62,768 bases of DNA from a virus (Duplodnaviria > Caudoviricetes), in the IMG/VR virus record IMGVR_UViG_3300027852_000042, positions 1 through 62,768 of that record; one strand, 5' to 3'. How positions within the stretch are numbered: the stretch's first letter is position 1; each line of letters opens with the position of its first letter. The notes beneath the pieces were generated by a model. It worked only from the letters and a program-made list of their open reading frames with translations, did no database searches and was not told where the DNA came from. A program made the position numbers and the translations under genes. This document shows positions 28,374-36,861 of the stretch, one piece after another.

Positions 28374-28703
28374 TTAAATTGTTATCGATCTTATTGTATT
28401 ACCAATCTCTTCGGTTTTATTCTGGTTGAATATTTCGTTGAATAGTTCATCAAACTTTTCCTGTGGAAGCCTTTTATTCTTATTGGGTTGTATCCAGTTT
28501 AAGTGCTTACCAGTTGTCGGACCCCACACATTCTCTGTGCATACCAATCCAGTCTTAAGTGTACGGAAGGCAACGATAGTATCGTAAGAGTAATAGAATA
28601 CCATGTTGCCGACACTTATTCTTATGCAGTGTGCTCCATAGCCACCTGATTGATAGTTCCCGTAACTTCCAAATGATATCGGTACACCCTTAAGTGGTAT
28701 CAT
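28374..28703 (-). CDS. Hypothetical phage protein
   Basis: YSY.TIVAF...W..TTGKHLN motif; probable start 28703. Confidence 0.65.
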   Translation of the reverse strand: MIPLKGVPISFGSYGNYQSGGYGAHCIRISVGNMVFYYSYDTIVAFRTLKTGLVCTENVWGPTTGKHLNWIQPNKNKRLPQEKFDELFNEIFNQNKTEEIGNTIRSITI

Positions 28704-29019
28704 CTTCTCGGACTCTCCCTTCAAGTCTCCCAGGTATTTCACCAGTACAAACAGGGCACTGTTCTTTGGTGAACACTAACTTCTCTGGAAGCCCCGTTGT
28801 TGTTTTTAAAGTACCTTTACTGCCACAATCTTCACACTCCCAGGGCACCTCATCTACCCAATTTTCTACGTAATGGTTCTCGCAACCAACACACGTATTA
28901 TCATCGTCTCCTTCCATTGCCTCTTGGATTATTTCCTGATCATCTTCAAGGATTGTCATGAACACAACCTCGTGTTGTTCAGTCCAACTTACCTTTACTC
29001 TCCTTCCCTTCTTCATCAC
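28690..29019 (-). CDS. Protein with C-terminal zinc ribbon
   Basis: WECEDC...TKEQCPVC. Confidence 0.6.
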   Translation of the reverse strand: MMKKGRRVKVSWTEQHEVVFMTILEDDQEIIQEAMEGDDDNTCVGCENHYVENWVDEVPWECEDCGSKGTLKTTTGLPEKLVFTKEQCPVCTGEIPGRLEGRVREDDTT

Positions 29020-29755
29020 TATCCCCTCCTAGTAAAAGTTTTAACTCCTCAATGTCTTCGTCTAATTGTCTTTCTTCCATCTCTAAGTCAAAAGATATCG
29101 AATCAATTAATGAACACCTACAACGTACTAGGTCGTGCAAGCGGTTAGATCTCAGTCCATCTGCGTGAGACCAAACCATATCATTGACAATATCGGGTTC
29201 TTCTACGGTTACGTGGTGAGCAAGTATCCGCGCCACCACTACCTTGTTTTTAATCGATAGCATCCTCCTCCTTCTCTTCTCCTCCTTCTCTTCTTCTTCT
29301 TCTTCTTCAAATATTGATCGTTTATCGGCACACTGTTCCGAACAGTACTTGTCCCCATCATAAAATGGTGAGAAGTTACCAGAGGTATCGTATACCCCAG
29401 CCTGCCACCACTCATAAAGATCTCCTGTAATCTCATTACAGTTGGGGCATCTCTCTAACTTCTTGCCCTCCTCCTTTCCCCACCTCAAGGCTTCCTTAAA
29501 TGTACATGTTTCAAACGGCATGGTGTATCCTCCGGTTGCACCTATCCCGAGATGTGATGGTTGACCGCCCTCTCTCCATTTGCGGCAGATTGAGATTGCA
29601 GCTTTAACCGCACCTTCTGGGTCGCTGTATTCTACCATCTCGCCATCATATTCAGGGGAGAGAGCGTCAGGGTTTGATTTGTCAATCCCACCGGAGGATA
29701 TTTCTACAACACAATTTCCGGTAGGATATTGTATTTGTCTTGTTACTGTATACAT
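28979..29755 (-). CDS. Hypothetical protein, probable two-gene fusion
   Basis: Start 29755 after AGGAGGT; CPNC...YCS..C finger; internal RBS and in-frame ATG at 29263. Confidence 0.6.
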   Translation of the reverse strand: MYTVTRQIQYPTGNCVVEISSGGIDKSNPDALSPEYDGEMVEYSDPEGAVKAAISICRKWREGGQPSHLGIGATGGYTMPFETCTFKEALRWGKEEGKKLERCPNCNEITGDLYEWWQAGVYDTSGNFSPFYDGDKYCSEQCADKRSIFEEEEEEEKEEKRRRRMLSIKNKVVVARILAHHVTVEEPDIVNDMVWSHADGLRSNRLHDLVRCRCSLIDSISFDLEMEERQLDEDIEELKLLLGGDSDEEGKESKGKLD

Positions 29756-29756
29756 G

Positions 29757-30725
29757 TTACACCTCCTTATTAATGGTTGACTTACAGTTAGGACAGACAG
29801 GATTCCAATTGTATCTGTCCGGGTATCTGCGGCTAAGGAGTAGTTGCCATGTGTATCCACAACAGGACCACTCCTTAGCCTTGAATGTCCACTTCCCAGA
29901 CCTGTGGGTAAGGTATCTAACTTTCATCCCCCCTTCACCTTCTTCGTAGTCGTAGTACTCTTCTGGAACACAGTATGTTAGGTAGTCTCCTGGTGTATCC
30001 AGATCCCCTTGACCTGGGAAACAAGGGGAACAAAGAGCCCGCCTTTTTATCGTTTCCGATCTGACTATTTGAACGTGTTGTTTATTCCAGATTGCGGAAA
30101 TATCTGCTTCTGGATCGGGTTCATAAAGACCGTCATCGTTTTTTATGAATCCAAGTAGGTAAGTTCCCCCTTCGAAGTCTTCAGACTCTCTCTCTATTTT
30201 CTCCTCTGTGAATCCACGTTCCCTCATCCCCTTAACGAAGTTTTCGTAGCCTAGGTCAACACCTTCTTCCATCATCTCATCTATTAACCACTGAACGTTG
30301 TATGCCGGAACAACTCCACCTATTGGGATGTCTTTGCATACAAGCACTCTGTAGTGGTAAAAATATTCTTGCTTAACATCGGGTTTGTTTTCAATGTAAC
30401 CTCGAAGGTGAGCCTCCATGAAATCAAGCACTATGGCGCATGATTTCAATGCTCCGGCGTAGTTTCTATCGTCAGCCTTACTTAAGGCTGAGTAGGCGTG
30501 TGAAACATGTATGCTTTGAGCTGAATAGCACACGACCATTGGGCCGACAAGACTAAAGAGTGGGCATTTTTCGCAATCAATGTACTGATCGCAATACCCG
30601 CATGATCCTTCTACCCAGTAATCCATGACCCACTGTTGGTTTATCTTTGTTATCAGTTCTCTTCTTATCGTTCTCCATTTATCGATTGACTTTTTTATAT
30701 TATCAATTTCTTCTCCTGTCATCAT
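29757..30725 (-). CDS. Cys-rich multi-module hypothetical protein
   Basis: CGYC..Y..C..C.L domain, CSPCFPG module, C-terminal CC..CPNC module with its own RBS and ATG at 29927. Confidence 0.6.
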   Translation of the reverse strand: MMTGEEIDNIKKSIDKWRTIRRELITKINQQWVMDYWVEGSCGYCDQYIDCEKCPLFSLVGPMVVCYSAQSIHVSHAYSALSKADDRNYAGALKSCAIVLDFMEAHLRGYIENKPDVKQEYFYHYRVLVCKDIPIGGVVPAYNVQWLIDEMMEEGVDLGYENFVKGMRERGFTEEKIERESEDFEGGTYLLGFIKNDDGLYEPDPEADISAIWNKQHVQIVRSETIKRRALCSPCFPGQGDLDTPGDYLTYCVPEEYYDYEEGEGGMKVRYLTHRSGKWTFKAKEWSCCGYTWQLLLSRRYPDRYNWNPVCPNCKSTINKEV

Positions 30726-30737
30726 GTTCCTCTCTCC

Positions 30738-31064
30738 TTATGTGTGTGATGAAACCGTATTGTCATGGACAAGGATACACCCGGCAAACAACCACTGGCT
30801 GGTTTCCTGTCCGTGCCAGTTGTAGCTCCCTTCAACTTTCTTTCCAAGGTCCTTCACCCAGAAGTGTGACGTGTGTTGCTTCCCTGCCGTACAAAATGGC
30901 CTGAATCCAAGCTCGATATCTCTGCCATCGAAATCATATTTTTCCATGGATATCATAACCCTGTTGTACATCCTTTCTATCTCCTCTTCCGTTCCTTCTG
31001 TCCCCTCAACTTGTGGGAGACTCCCTATCAGATCTTTTATCGATAACACTTTGTCCTTATTCAT
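30738..31064 (-). CDS. Hypothetical protein
   Basis: 108 aa; AGGAGG RBS; ends in W.FAG.I......VS.HT. Confidence 0.65.
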   Translation of the reverse strand: MNKDKVLSIKDLIGSLPQVEGTEGTEEEIERMYNRVMISMEKYDFDGRDIELGFRPFCTAGKQHTSHFWVKDLGKKVEGSYNWHGQETSQWLFAGCILVHDNTVSSHT

Positions 31065-31084
31065 CTTGCATATCCCTCCTTTTT

Positions 31085-31666
31085 TTAGTAGTAAAACCTT
31101 CCGTTTCCCATGAACTCGTACTCATTAGCGATGAGTAAATCCTTAAGATATTCATCGCTCTGTGTTGATTTCACATCGATAGAACACTCCCTTACCCATG
31201 CTCCAAGACATTCCATTAGGATATCATGAAGATGTATGCAGGAAGGAAATTTATCAATGAAGTTGTGGAACGGATCTCTTATTGACACGTCTAAATAGCG
31301 TCCAGTAGGCATAGCCCGTTGGAGACTCACCTTACTGTAAACTGGTTTATCCTTCACATGGCCTAAATATCTCGGTTCATAGAGGTAATCCCAAAGGTTA
31401 TTTATAATCCATGTGCGGAGCCTTAATCCTTCGAGTTCCATCACCTCCTCTCTCTCTGTACATTCACATGTTATGTAGTGGTTTCCCAGGTCCCCTCCAT
31501 AAGACCAGTTTGAAGCCTTCACCGGAAACTCTTGTTCAAATGTTTCCAGTGATTTAAGGTTGTCTTCATGCCAAGGATACTCAATATCTTCCCTGGCATC
31601 TTCAATAGCCCTGTCTTGGGCTTCCCTGGGCAGTTCCTCAAACAGATATACCCGTACCCACCTCAT
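31085..31666 (-). CDS. Conserved hypothetical phage protein
   Basis: VY.F.EL...AQ.RA N-terminus and SDE.....I.ANEYEF...G C-terminus, a recurrent mobile-element family. Confidence 0.65.
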   Translation of the reverse strand: MRWVRVYLFEELPREAQDRAIEDAREDIEYPWHEDNLKSLETFEQEFPVKASNWSYGGDLGNHYITCECTEREEVMELEGLRLRTWIINNLWDYLYEPRYLGHVKDKPVYSKVSLQRAMPTGRYLDVSIRDPFHNFIDKFPSCIHLHDILMECLGAWVRECSIDVKSTQSDEYLKDLLIANEYEFMGNGRFYY

Positions 31667-32162
31667 TTTTTTCCTCCTCTTTCTTTAGGTGGTCTCTCAT
31701 TACTACGATAACCACCTCGCACTTTTCTATTGCATCATTGAACTCACCTATATTTGCTATCAGTAGTGTATCAAGTGCCCATGATTTACCGACTTCTACA
31801 TTACATGAATCTAAACATATGGGTATCCCATCGACACTCTTTTCGCACAGGTAGCAACGACTACACTGATCGTAGTATTCACAGTATCCACAACTATGCC
31901 AGTACTCGCTAACCCAGTTAATAATGGGTGGAGCTTTAAGATCGTTTGTTTCCCAAAGCTTTAGACTCTCTTCGATTCTTTCCCACTTCTTAAGGGACGA
32001 TCTGATTGAATCGATCAGGTTTATTTCTTCCACATCTTTTTCTTCTGGTACTTTATGGCTATCCACAGTTATTCTCTCCGTAAGTTCCTCCCACTTCTTA
32101 ATGGAGGACTTGATTGAGTCAATCGGATTTACTTCTTCATTATCTCTTTCATGGTTATCCAT
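31638..32162 (-). CDS. Cys-rich protein paralogous to the N-terminus of 29757..30725
   Basis: S.KKW, W..YW..CGYC.YY..C..C.L, A...C..V...M..HL. Confidence 0.65.
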   Translation of the reverse strand: MDNHERDNEEVNPIDSIKSSIKKWEELTERITVDSHKVPEEKDVEEINLIDSIRSSLKKWERIEESLKLWETNDLKAPPIINWVSEYWHSCGYCEYYDQCSRCYLCEKSVDGIPICLDSCNVEVGKSWALDTLLIANIGEFNDAIEKCEVVIVVMRDHLKKEEEKNEVGTGISV

Positions 32163-32343
32163 AGCTATTCTCCCTTAATGGGTTCCAGCCCCTTAGTATT
32201 GAGATAGGTTTCCCATCGATAAACTCCCTGAAAACTCTATCTCTTTCCTCTTGTTGGAGGTGTTGTGATTGTTCTATCCACCTCCAACCCCAGTCTCTAC
32301 CGGCTGCGTGTTCCCACTCCAACCACTTGAGTAACGTGTTCAT
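32155..32343 (-). CDS. Hypothetical protein
   Basis: 62 aa, overlap-coupled, with RBS. Confidence 0.55.
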   Translation of the reverse strand: MNTLLKWLEWEHAAGRDWGWRWIEQSQHLQQEERDRVFREFIDGKPISILRGWNPLRENSYG

Positions 32344-32570
32344 TCTCCCTCCTTTCTTAAGACGTTTTCCCAGAAGTCTACATCTCCATCATCAATCCTG
32401 TTTACTACAGGACTGGAAAGAATTGCTGACGACCCGGGACTAATCTCTACTGTTTCGTCAAACCCATCGGTATCCAGATCGACAACGGTTATGTTCACGT
32501 CAACGTCCTCTGAAACATCGATACTTTGTATCAGGCCTCCTTCAACTGTTATGAAGATTTGCTTCTCCAT
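32340..32570 (-). CDS. Hypothetical acidic protein
   Basis: I.VEGG.IQ.I......V.V.D.D.D motif. Confidence 0.6.
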   Translation of the reverse strand: MEKQIFITVEGGLIQSIDVSEDVDVNITVVDLDTDGFDETVEISPGSSAILSSPVVNRIDDGDVDFWENVLRKEGE

Positions 32571-32790
32571 CTTTCTTTTCCTCCTTCATCTTGCTCATTA
32601 CTATAATGTCCTCGTTAATCTTCTTCTCATCCTCCGTTATTGTAAGATGAGAACCATGCCTATTGATAGCCCGCCACTTCGACCCATCAATATACTTCCA
32701 GACTAAATCAATTTCACTACTTGTTTCCAGTCTATCGCAGATGTCCAGAGCTAAGTTGTAAGCTGTTCTGAACTTCTCCTTTATACTCAT
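32542..32790 (-). CDS. Hypothetical protein
   Basis: Probable start 32790. Confidence 0.5.
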   Translation of the reverse strand: MSIKEKFRTAYNLALDICDRLETSSEIDLVWKYIDGSKWRAINRHGSHLTITEDEKKINEDIIVMSKMKEEKKDGEANLHNS

Positions 32791-32812
32791 CTTACACCTA
32801 CCCATTCTCCGG

Positions 32813-33172
32813 TTAGATTACAATGGTTAACTCTCCGGCCCACCCTCTGGCCCGCTTCTTCTCCTCCTTCTCCTCCCCCTTCTCTTTCTTTAACTCCTCA
32901 TTTATTTTATGCAATCTCTCCCCAGACTTCTTGAGTATGCGAATGTATTTTTCCATACATACTTTGTGGTAAACTCCTCCGATGTTAAGGTACTGTCGGT
33001 AAACATCTTCACCAGCTAAGACGAAGATCTCATGGTTTAACTTCTTACACCATGGCACATCCTCGAAGTAAGTCACGGGTAATTGATCCTCGCCCAACAT
33101 GTCAAAGGAGACTATCCGGAAACTCTCTTGATCTCCTATCAGGACCTTCTCTAACTTAAGTTCTATGCTCAT
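32813..33172 (-). CDS. Hypothetical protein, first gene of the leftward early operon
   Basis: Probable start 33172 after GGAGGT. Confidence 0.6.
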   Translation of the reverse strand: MSIELKLEKVLIGDQESFRIVSFDMLGEDQLPVTYFEDVPWCKKLNHEIFVLAGEDVYRQYLNIGGVYHKVCMEKYIRILKKSGERLHKINEELKKEKGEEKEEKKRARGWAGELTIVI

Positions 33173-33254
33173 CTCACACCTCCATGCTCTCATGTTATCG
33201 TTTAGATACCCTTACTTACAGGATACCCAGTGTCAGTGACGTAAAAGCAAAACC

Positions 33255-33283
33255 ATGATATCGCAACACCTGATTTTTGTCAA
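33255..33283 (-). promoter_or_regulatory. sigma70 promoter driving the leftward early operon
   Basis: Minus strand TTGACA-17 bp-TATCAT with an A/T-rich UP-like region. Confidence 0.8.
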
Positions 33284-33356
33284 GAAAAAAGTTTTTTTAT
33301 TTTTTTTGTGCGCTGTAGTAAGGGGTTTCCGAGCTGAAAAAAATTAATCGTTTTTT

Positions 33357-33374
33357 TTGGCATGTGCCTTGCAA
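33357..33374 (+). promoter_or_regulatory. sigma54 (RpoN) -24/-12 promoter match
   Basis: ttGGcatgtgccttGCaa = TGGCA-N6-TTGCA with exact GG-N10-GC spacing. Confidence 0.6.
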
Positions 33375-33441
33375 TTTTATGTGCCCAGCACACTGAGACT
33401 AAGACCCCGCGCTTCTGTTATTGACAGGATACCCGTTGTTC

Positions 33442-33477
33442 TCGATAACATTTTCTATCGATAACATTTTCTATCGA
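33442..33477. repeat. 16-bp tandem duplication
   Basis: tcgataacattttcta x2 plus tcga. Confidence 0.85.
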
Positions 33478-33813
33478 GAGAAATCTTCTTATCTATTCCT
33501 TTATTGGGATAGCTTTCGCTTCTTACAGGAGGAGAACTGCGGGTGTGAAACCAGCCGGAACCCGTGCCTATCAGTGGTTTAACTATGGGTATCAATAGAG
33601 GAGTTGTCCTGGAAAAAACCCTGAAAAAACCGATTTCAAAGCGTGATTTTAAAAATGGATTGTAAGCGGTTAAAACTTGAAGGCATACCGGAGTATAGGA
33701 AATCAAAGAAAGTGGTTTAAAAGTTACGTATCGTTATCCTGGTACAATGTTTTAACCCATGTTTGAACCTGGTTTTACGGTCGCCGGTAGGTAAATCCCT
33801 GGAAACAAGGCAT

Positions 33814-33851
33814 AAAAAAAGGGCGCAAAGCCTTAACGACTTCACGCCCTT
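33814..33851 (-). terminator. Intrinsic terminator (minus strand)
   Basis: aagggcgtgaagtc...ggctttgcgccctt then a T run on the minus strand. Confidence 0.75.
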
Positions 33852-33876
33852 GATCTTCCTCGAATGTTTTACCGGG

Positions 33877-34017
33877 TTATTTTTTCCCTAAACCTTGCAG
33901 TAATTTAATTCTCGCTATCAAGTGTTGTCTATATAGGGATGAATCCCTTAGTACTAGCTTGTTTAATGCAAGGGACAGTTCCCTTACTGACATTTTGTTA
34001 ATCTTCTTTGGTTTCAT
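33877..34017 (-). CDS. 46-aa basic helical protein (not in ORF track)
   Basis: MKPKKINKMSVRELSLALNKL...GLGKK*; GAGGA RBS; followed by a terminator. Confidence 0.55.
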   Translation of the reverse strand: MKPKKINKMSVRELSLALNKLVLRDSSLYRQHLIARIKLLQGLGKK

Positions 34018-34033
34018 TCTCTTATCCTCTCTT

Positions 34034-34079
34034 AAAAAAGAAAAGGGGATGAGTACGGTTATCTATTGCACTCATCCCC
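34034..34079 (-). terminator. Intrinsic terminator (minus strand)
   Basis: ggggatgagt...actcatcccc then ttttctttttt on the minus strand. Confidence 0.8.
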
Positions 34080-34095
34080 ACTGGTTACGTTACGT

Positions 34096-34326
34096 TTAGA
34101 CAGGCTGATAAACATTCAATCCCAGCTTAAGGATTTCGCCTTCATAGGCGATAGGCTGGTTACCCTGAGAAGATGCAATAATTGTACTCTTTCCCGATGA
34201 GGAAACCTTGCCTTTCTTTCCAAGATCGATTGACAACGTTAAAGTTTTACCTGTAACGTTATATTTTACATTCCGTCCCAATTCTGAAAAGCTCTGTCCG
34301 TTTCCATTCTTCTTTGTTCCTGCCAT
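34096..34326 (-). CDS. Conserved small beta-rich protein (SSSGKS.IIAS..GN...GLNVY family)
   Basis: NV...V.G..L...IDL.K....S.SGK..IIAS..GN...K.GLNVY; AAGGAG RBS. Confidence 0.7.
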   Translation of the reverse strand: MAGTKKNGNGQSFSELGRNVKYNVTGKTLTLSIDLGKKGKVSSSGKSTIIASSQGNQPIAYEGEILKLGLNVYQPV

Positions 34327-34427
34327 AATATTTAACTCCTTAACTCTGATAGATAATCCATACGGATATATCTTTATTCTTATTCCTCATTCAATTTTCA
34401 AAGATCGATACCACAATCAAGGGCACT

Positions 34428-34490
34428 TTAAAGGTTATAGCTTATAATCATTGATATGATCAACACCGCTATTACTATTGAGATTATCAT
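34428..34490 (-). CDS. 20-aa hydrophobic micropeptide
   Basis: MIISIVIAVLIISMIISYNL*, preceded by GGAGGT. Confidence 0.45.
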   Translation of the reverse strand: MIISIVIAVLIISMIISYNL

Positions 34491-34494
34491 AACG

Positions 34495-34662
34495 TTACCT
34501 CCCAGCAAGATAGGATTCCTCATCAGGACAAGCGGTAAAAGATCGATTGCACCCTTGACACCTGCCCATATTCTTTTGACAATCCCTGCAAGTATAAACA
34601 CCGCACTGATAACACCTTTCTATTTTATTCGTTTCTTTCCCGCATATCTCACATATTTCCAA
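34495..34662 (-). CDS. 55-aa Cys-rich zinc-finger protein (TTG start)
   Basis: CEIC, CYQC, CRDC, CQGC; GGGAGGT RBS. Confidence 0.6.
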   Translation of the reverse strand: MEICEICGKETNKIERCYQCGVYTCRDCQKNMGRCQGCNRSFTACPDEESYLAGR

Positions 34663-34756
34663 GTGTGTCACCTCCCTTCATTAAGATTTTTTAGGCCGTG
34701 TAAGTTTGATTTTAGTTTCTCCGTGTCCTGGTAGGGCAATGCACGGCACAAGAACG

Positions 34757-34785
34757 ATAATAGTTGTTCTGAGATGTTATGTCAA
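34757..34785 (-). promoter_or_regulatory. sigma70 promoter for the small leftward operon
   Basis: Minus strand TTGACA-17 bp-TATTAT. Confidence 0.75.
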
Positions 34786-35339
34786 ACTGTTTTTTTGATA
34801 TATTTTTGTTCTGGGCGTTAACTTGCTGATTTTATTTGTTTTATTTGTCGTGATTTTTTGAGAGACTATGGTTTTGGTTGAGCGGAACACCAACATAACA
34901 CCTATGCAATGTTTTATTTTAGGGGGGAAGATTCTTTTTCCGCAAACCCTTGCTAGGCTTGCGTTTCCTCGCTTTGCTCCTTCAGGGTACTGAAACCTTA
35001 GTTCTAAGGGATTCGCTAGTTTATCCATATCTGTGTTAACCTATACCCAGTACAACCTCTTAGATCATTGGTTTTAGAATCCTCACATGATGTTTGATAT
35101 CCTACCAGCACCGCTTATTTCATGGTCAAAAAGATAGAGAATGTTATTAAAAAGAAAGAAACCCCCCAGATTTATCTTCACTGTAACCCGGTATGTTGCC
35201 CTTACAACTCAAGTCCGGTATACGTTTCCGCAGGGACAGGAAAGGGATGATTTCTCCCATGGAATAGAAGAGATATCCGATAGGGGGGGGCATTTCGTGA
35301 GTGAAATCAAGGGGATCGGGACTCCTGCCCCCCATAATA

Positions 35340-35640
35340 TATATATCCCCCCCAGACAAGAAACCCAAAAAATTTTAAACCCCCCTAAAAAGGGTGAACC
35401 CCAGAATAAAACCCACAAAAACACCTTCTCACCCCCTGCGCACCCGCGCTTAACATTCAAAACCCGGAAAAACTTTTAGTTTCCCTTGGAATAACCCCCC
35501 CGTTCTTTGATCTCCCAAAAATTTCAACCGAAAAACTTTTCTACCGAAGTGGTTCCGACCACATAATCTTCCGAAAACCCCTTAAACCGCAAATTTCACC
35601 CCAATTTTCCGCAAAGTTCCTCTCCCAACCGCTTTTTTGC
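35340..35640. other. Non-coding, C/A-skewed region with phased A-tracts
   Basis: A-runs start at about 35367, 35377, 35387, 35397, 35408 and 35417. Confidence 0.55.
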
Positions 35641-35912
35641 CATTTCTTGAATTCTAAATCACTTCTAAGTAGTGGATTTCTGCTGTATTTCCCTAAAACA
35701 CTGCCGCTTAGTACCTACTTCTAAACTAAGTTACTACTACATAACTTCAGCCAAGTTCATCTTAAGTACTTAGTTATTATATTGTCTTTAAACCTAGTCA
35801 TATATAATAACTCGGATATATATTAATATTATTAACTATAGTAAACACAAAATGCTGCCATACGCGCGTAAATATACTGTAACGCAATTACATTATAAGC
35901 TTAAAAAAAGAC

Positions 35913-35942
35913 TTGACATAGCGTAATTAATAGTGTTATAGT
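35913..35942 (+). promoter_or_regulatory. sigma70 promoter for the rightward early/replication operon
   Basis: TTGACA-18 bp-TATAGT with extended TG. Confidence 0.75.
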
Positions 35943-35999
35943 TGTAACATCGAGTTCGGGAGCGGTTTAGCGACGATAACACTTTAAAGGGGGGTAAAT

Positions 36000-36179
36000 G
36001 TGAATAAGCCAAAACCGAGACAAGCAAGGGTTAAGATAACGCGCACCGTGACAGAAATTGCGATTGTGCGACTTGACCGTGAAGGCAATATTGAAGAGGT
36101 AGAAGATATCTGTGATGAACTAGACTATGAAGTAACAGAGTTGCACAGTATCAACGATGTTTTGTCTGTGTACAGTTAA
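36000..36179 (+). CDS. Hypothetical 59-aa protein (GTG start, not in ORF track)
   Basis: MNKPKPRQARVKITRTVTEIAIV...; G-rich RBS. Confidence 0.55.
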   Translation: MNKPKPRQARVKITRTVTEIAIVRLDREGNIEEVEDICDELDYEVTELHSINDVLSVYS

Positions 36180-36215
36180 TGTTGTTGTATTTTTCACTTA
36201 AGAGGAGACTTAGAA

Positions 36216-36542
36216 ATGAGCGAAAAGGGGAGTTTTATAACCGAGTTTATTTATTGTGAAAAGTGCCTTAGCGGTGTCAGTAGGGTATTACTGGAGAACG
36301 AAAAATATTTAAACTCTATTCAAATTCCTCACTGGGTTGAAGGGTATAAACCGCTTCCTATTGTAGCCGGTAAAATAGGTGGTTTATATCCGGGGGAAGA
36401 ACTTTTTACTTTTGAACTGGAGTTCATACCGAAAATAAAAAGCTTAATTTGCCATGAGGTTAGGATTGCAGTTTTAGCGGAGACCGGTGAGAGAATATTT
36501 AAAATAACACCCGATCAACGGCCTGGCTCCGTGTCCCAGTGA
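36216..36542 (+). CDS. Hypothetical protein
   Basis: 108 aa; GAGGAG RBS. Confidence 0.65.
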   Translation: MSEKGSFITEFIYCEKCLSGVSRVLLENEKYLNSIQIPHWVEGYKPLPIVAGKIGGLYPGEELFTFELEFIPKIKSLICHEVRIAVLAETGERIFKITPDQRPGSVSQ

Positions 36543-36569
36543 GAGCTTATCCGTAAAGGAGGTAGTACT

Positions 36570-36842
36570 ATGAAGTACCGGGACGCGCTTAAAATTATTA
36601 ACAATGATAACAGTAGGGGGTTTATTGTCTGCTTTGCGTGGGTTAAGGGAATTTTTCTATCCTCCGATCATTTTCCGGATCAATATGAAAGTGAAAAACC
36701 AATTCCCACAGAAGAGGAGGCGTGGGAGTTAGCGAGAAAGTTTGCGAATAAGACAAAGGGTAAGTGTGTAGAGATCTATGTCGCAAAAGCTAACTATACT
36801 CCGGTTAAGGGATGGAAATCGAAACTCATTACAAACAGATAA
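36570..36842 (+). CDS. Hypothetical protein
   Basis: 90 aa; AGGAGG RBS. Confidence 0.65.
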   Translation: MKYRDALKIINNDNSRGFIVCFAWVKGIFLSSDHFPDQYESEKPIPTEEEAWELARKFANKTKGKCVEIYVAKANYTPVKGWKSKLITNR

Positions 36843-36861
36843 TACCGAAAGGAGGTAAAAG

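Noticed and set aside
33455-33706. 83-aa minus-strand ORF in the control region
   Set aside because: No RBS, lies downstream of a terminator, and has no recognisable protein features
33790-33840. Resemblance to a c-di-GMP-I (GEMM) riboswitch: ggtaaa-tccctg-gaaa-caagg...gggcgcaaagcc
   Set aside because: A 10-nt insertion breaks the junction, the stem is mismatched, no + strand gene follows, and the sequence is explained by the minus-strand terminator. An Infernal search with the c-di-GMP-I model would settle it.
34777-35479. ORFs 34777..35028, 35141..35479, 35147..35368 and 35209..35460
   Set aside because: Low-complexity translations of skewed non-coding DNA, overlapping each other, with no good RBS
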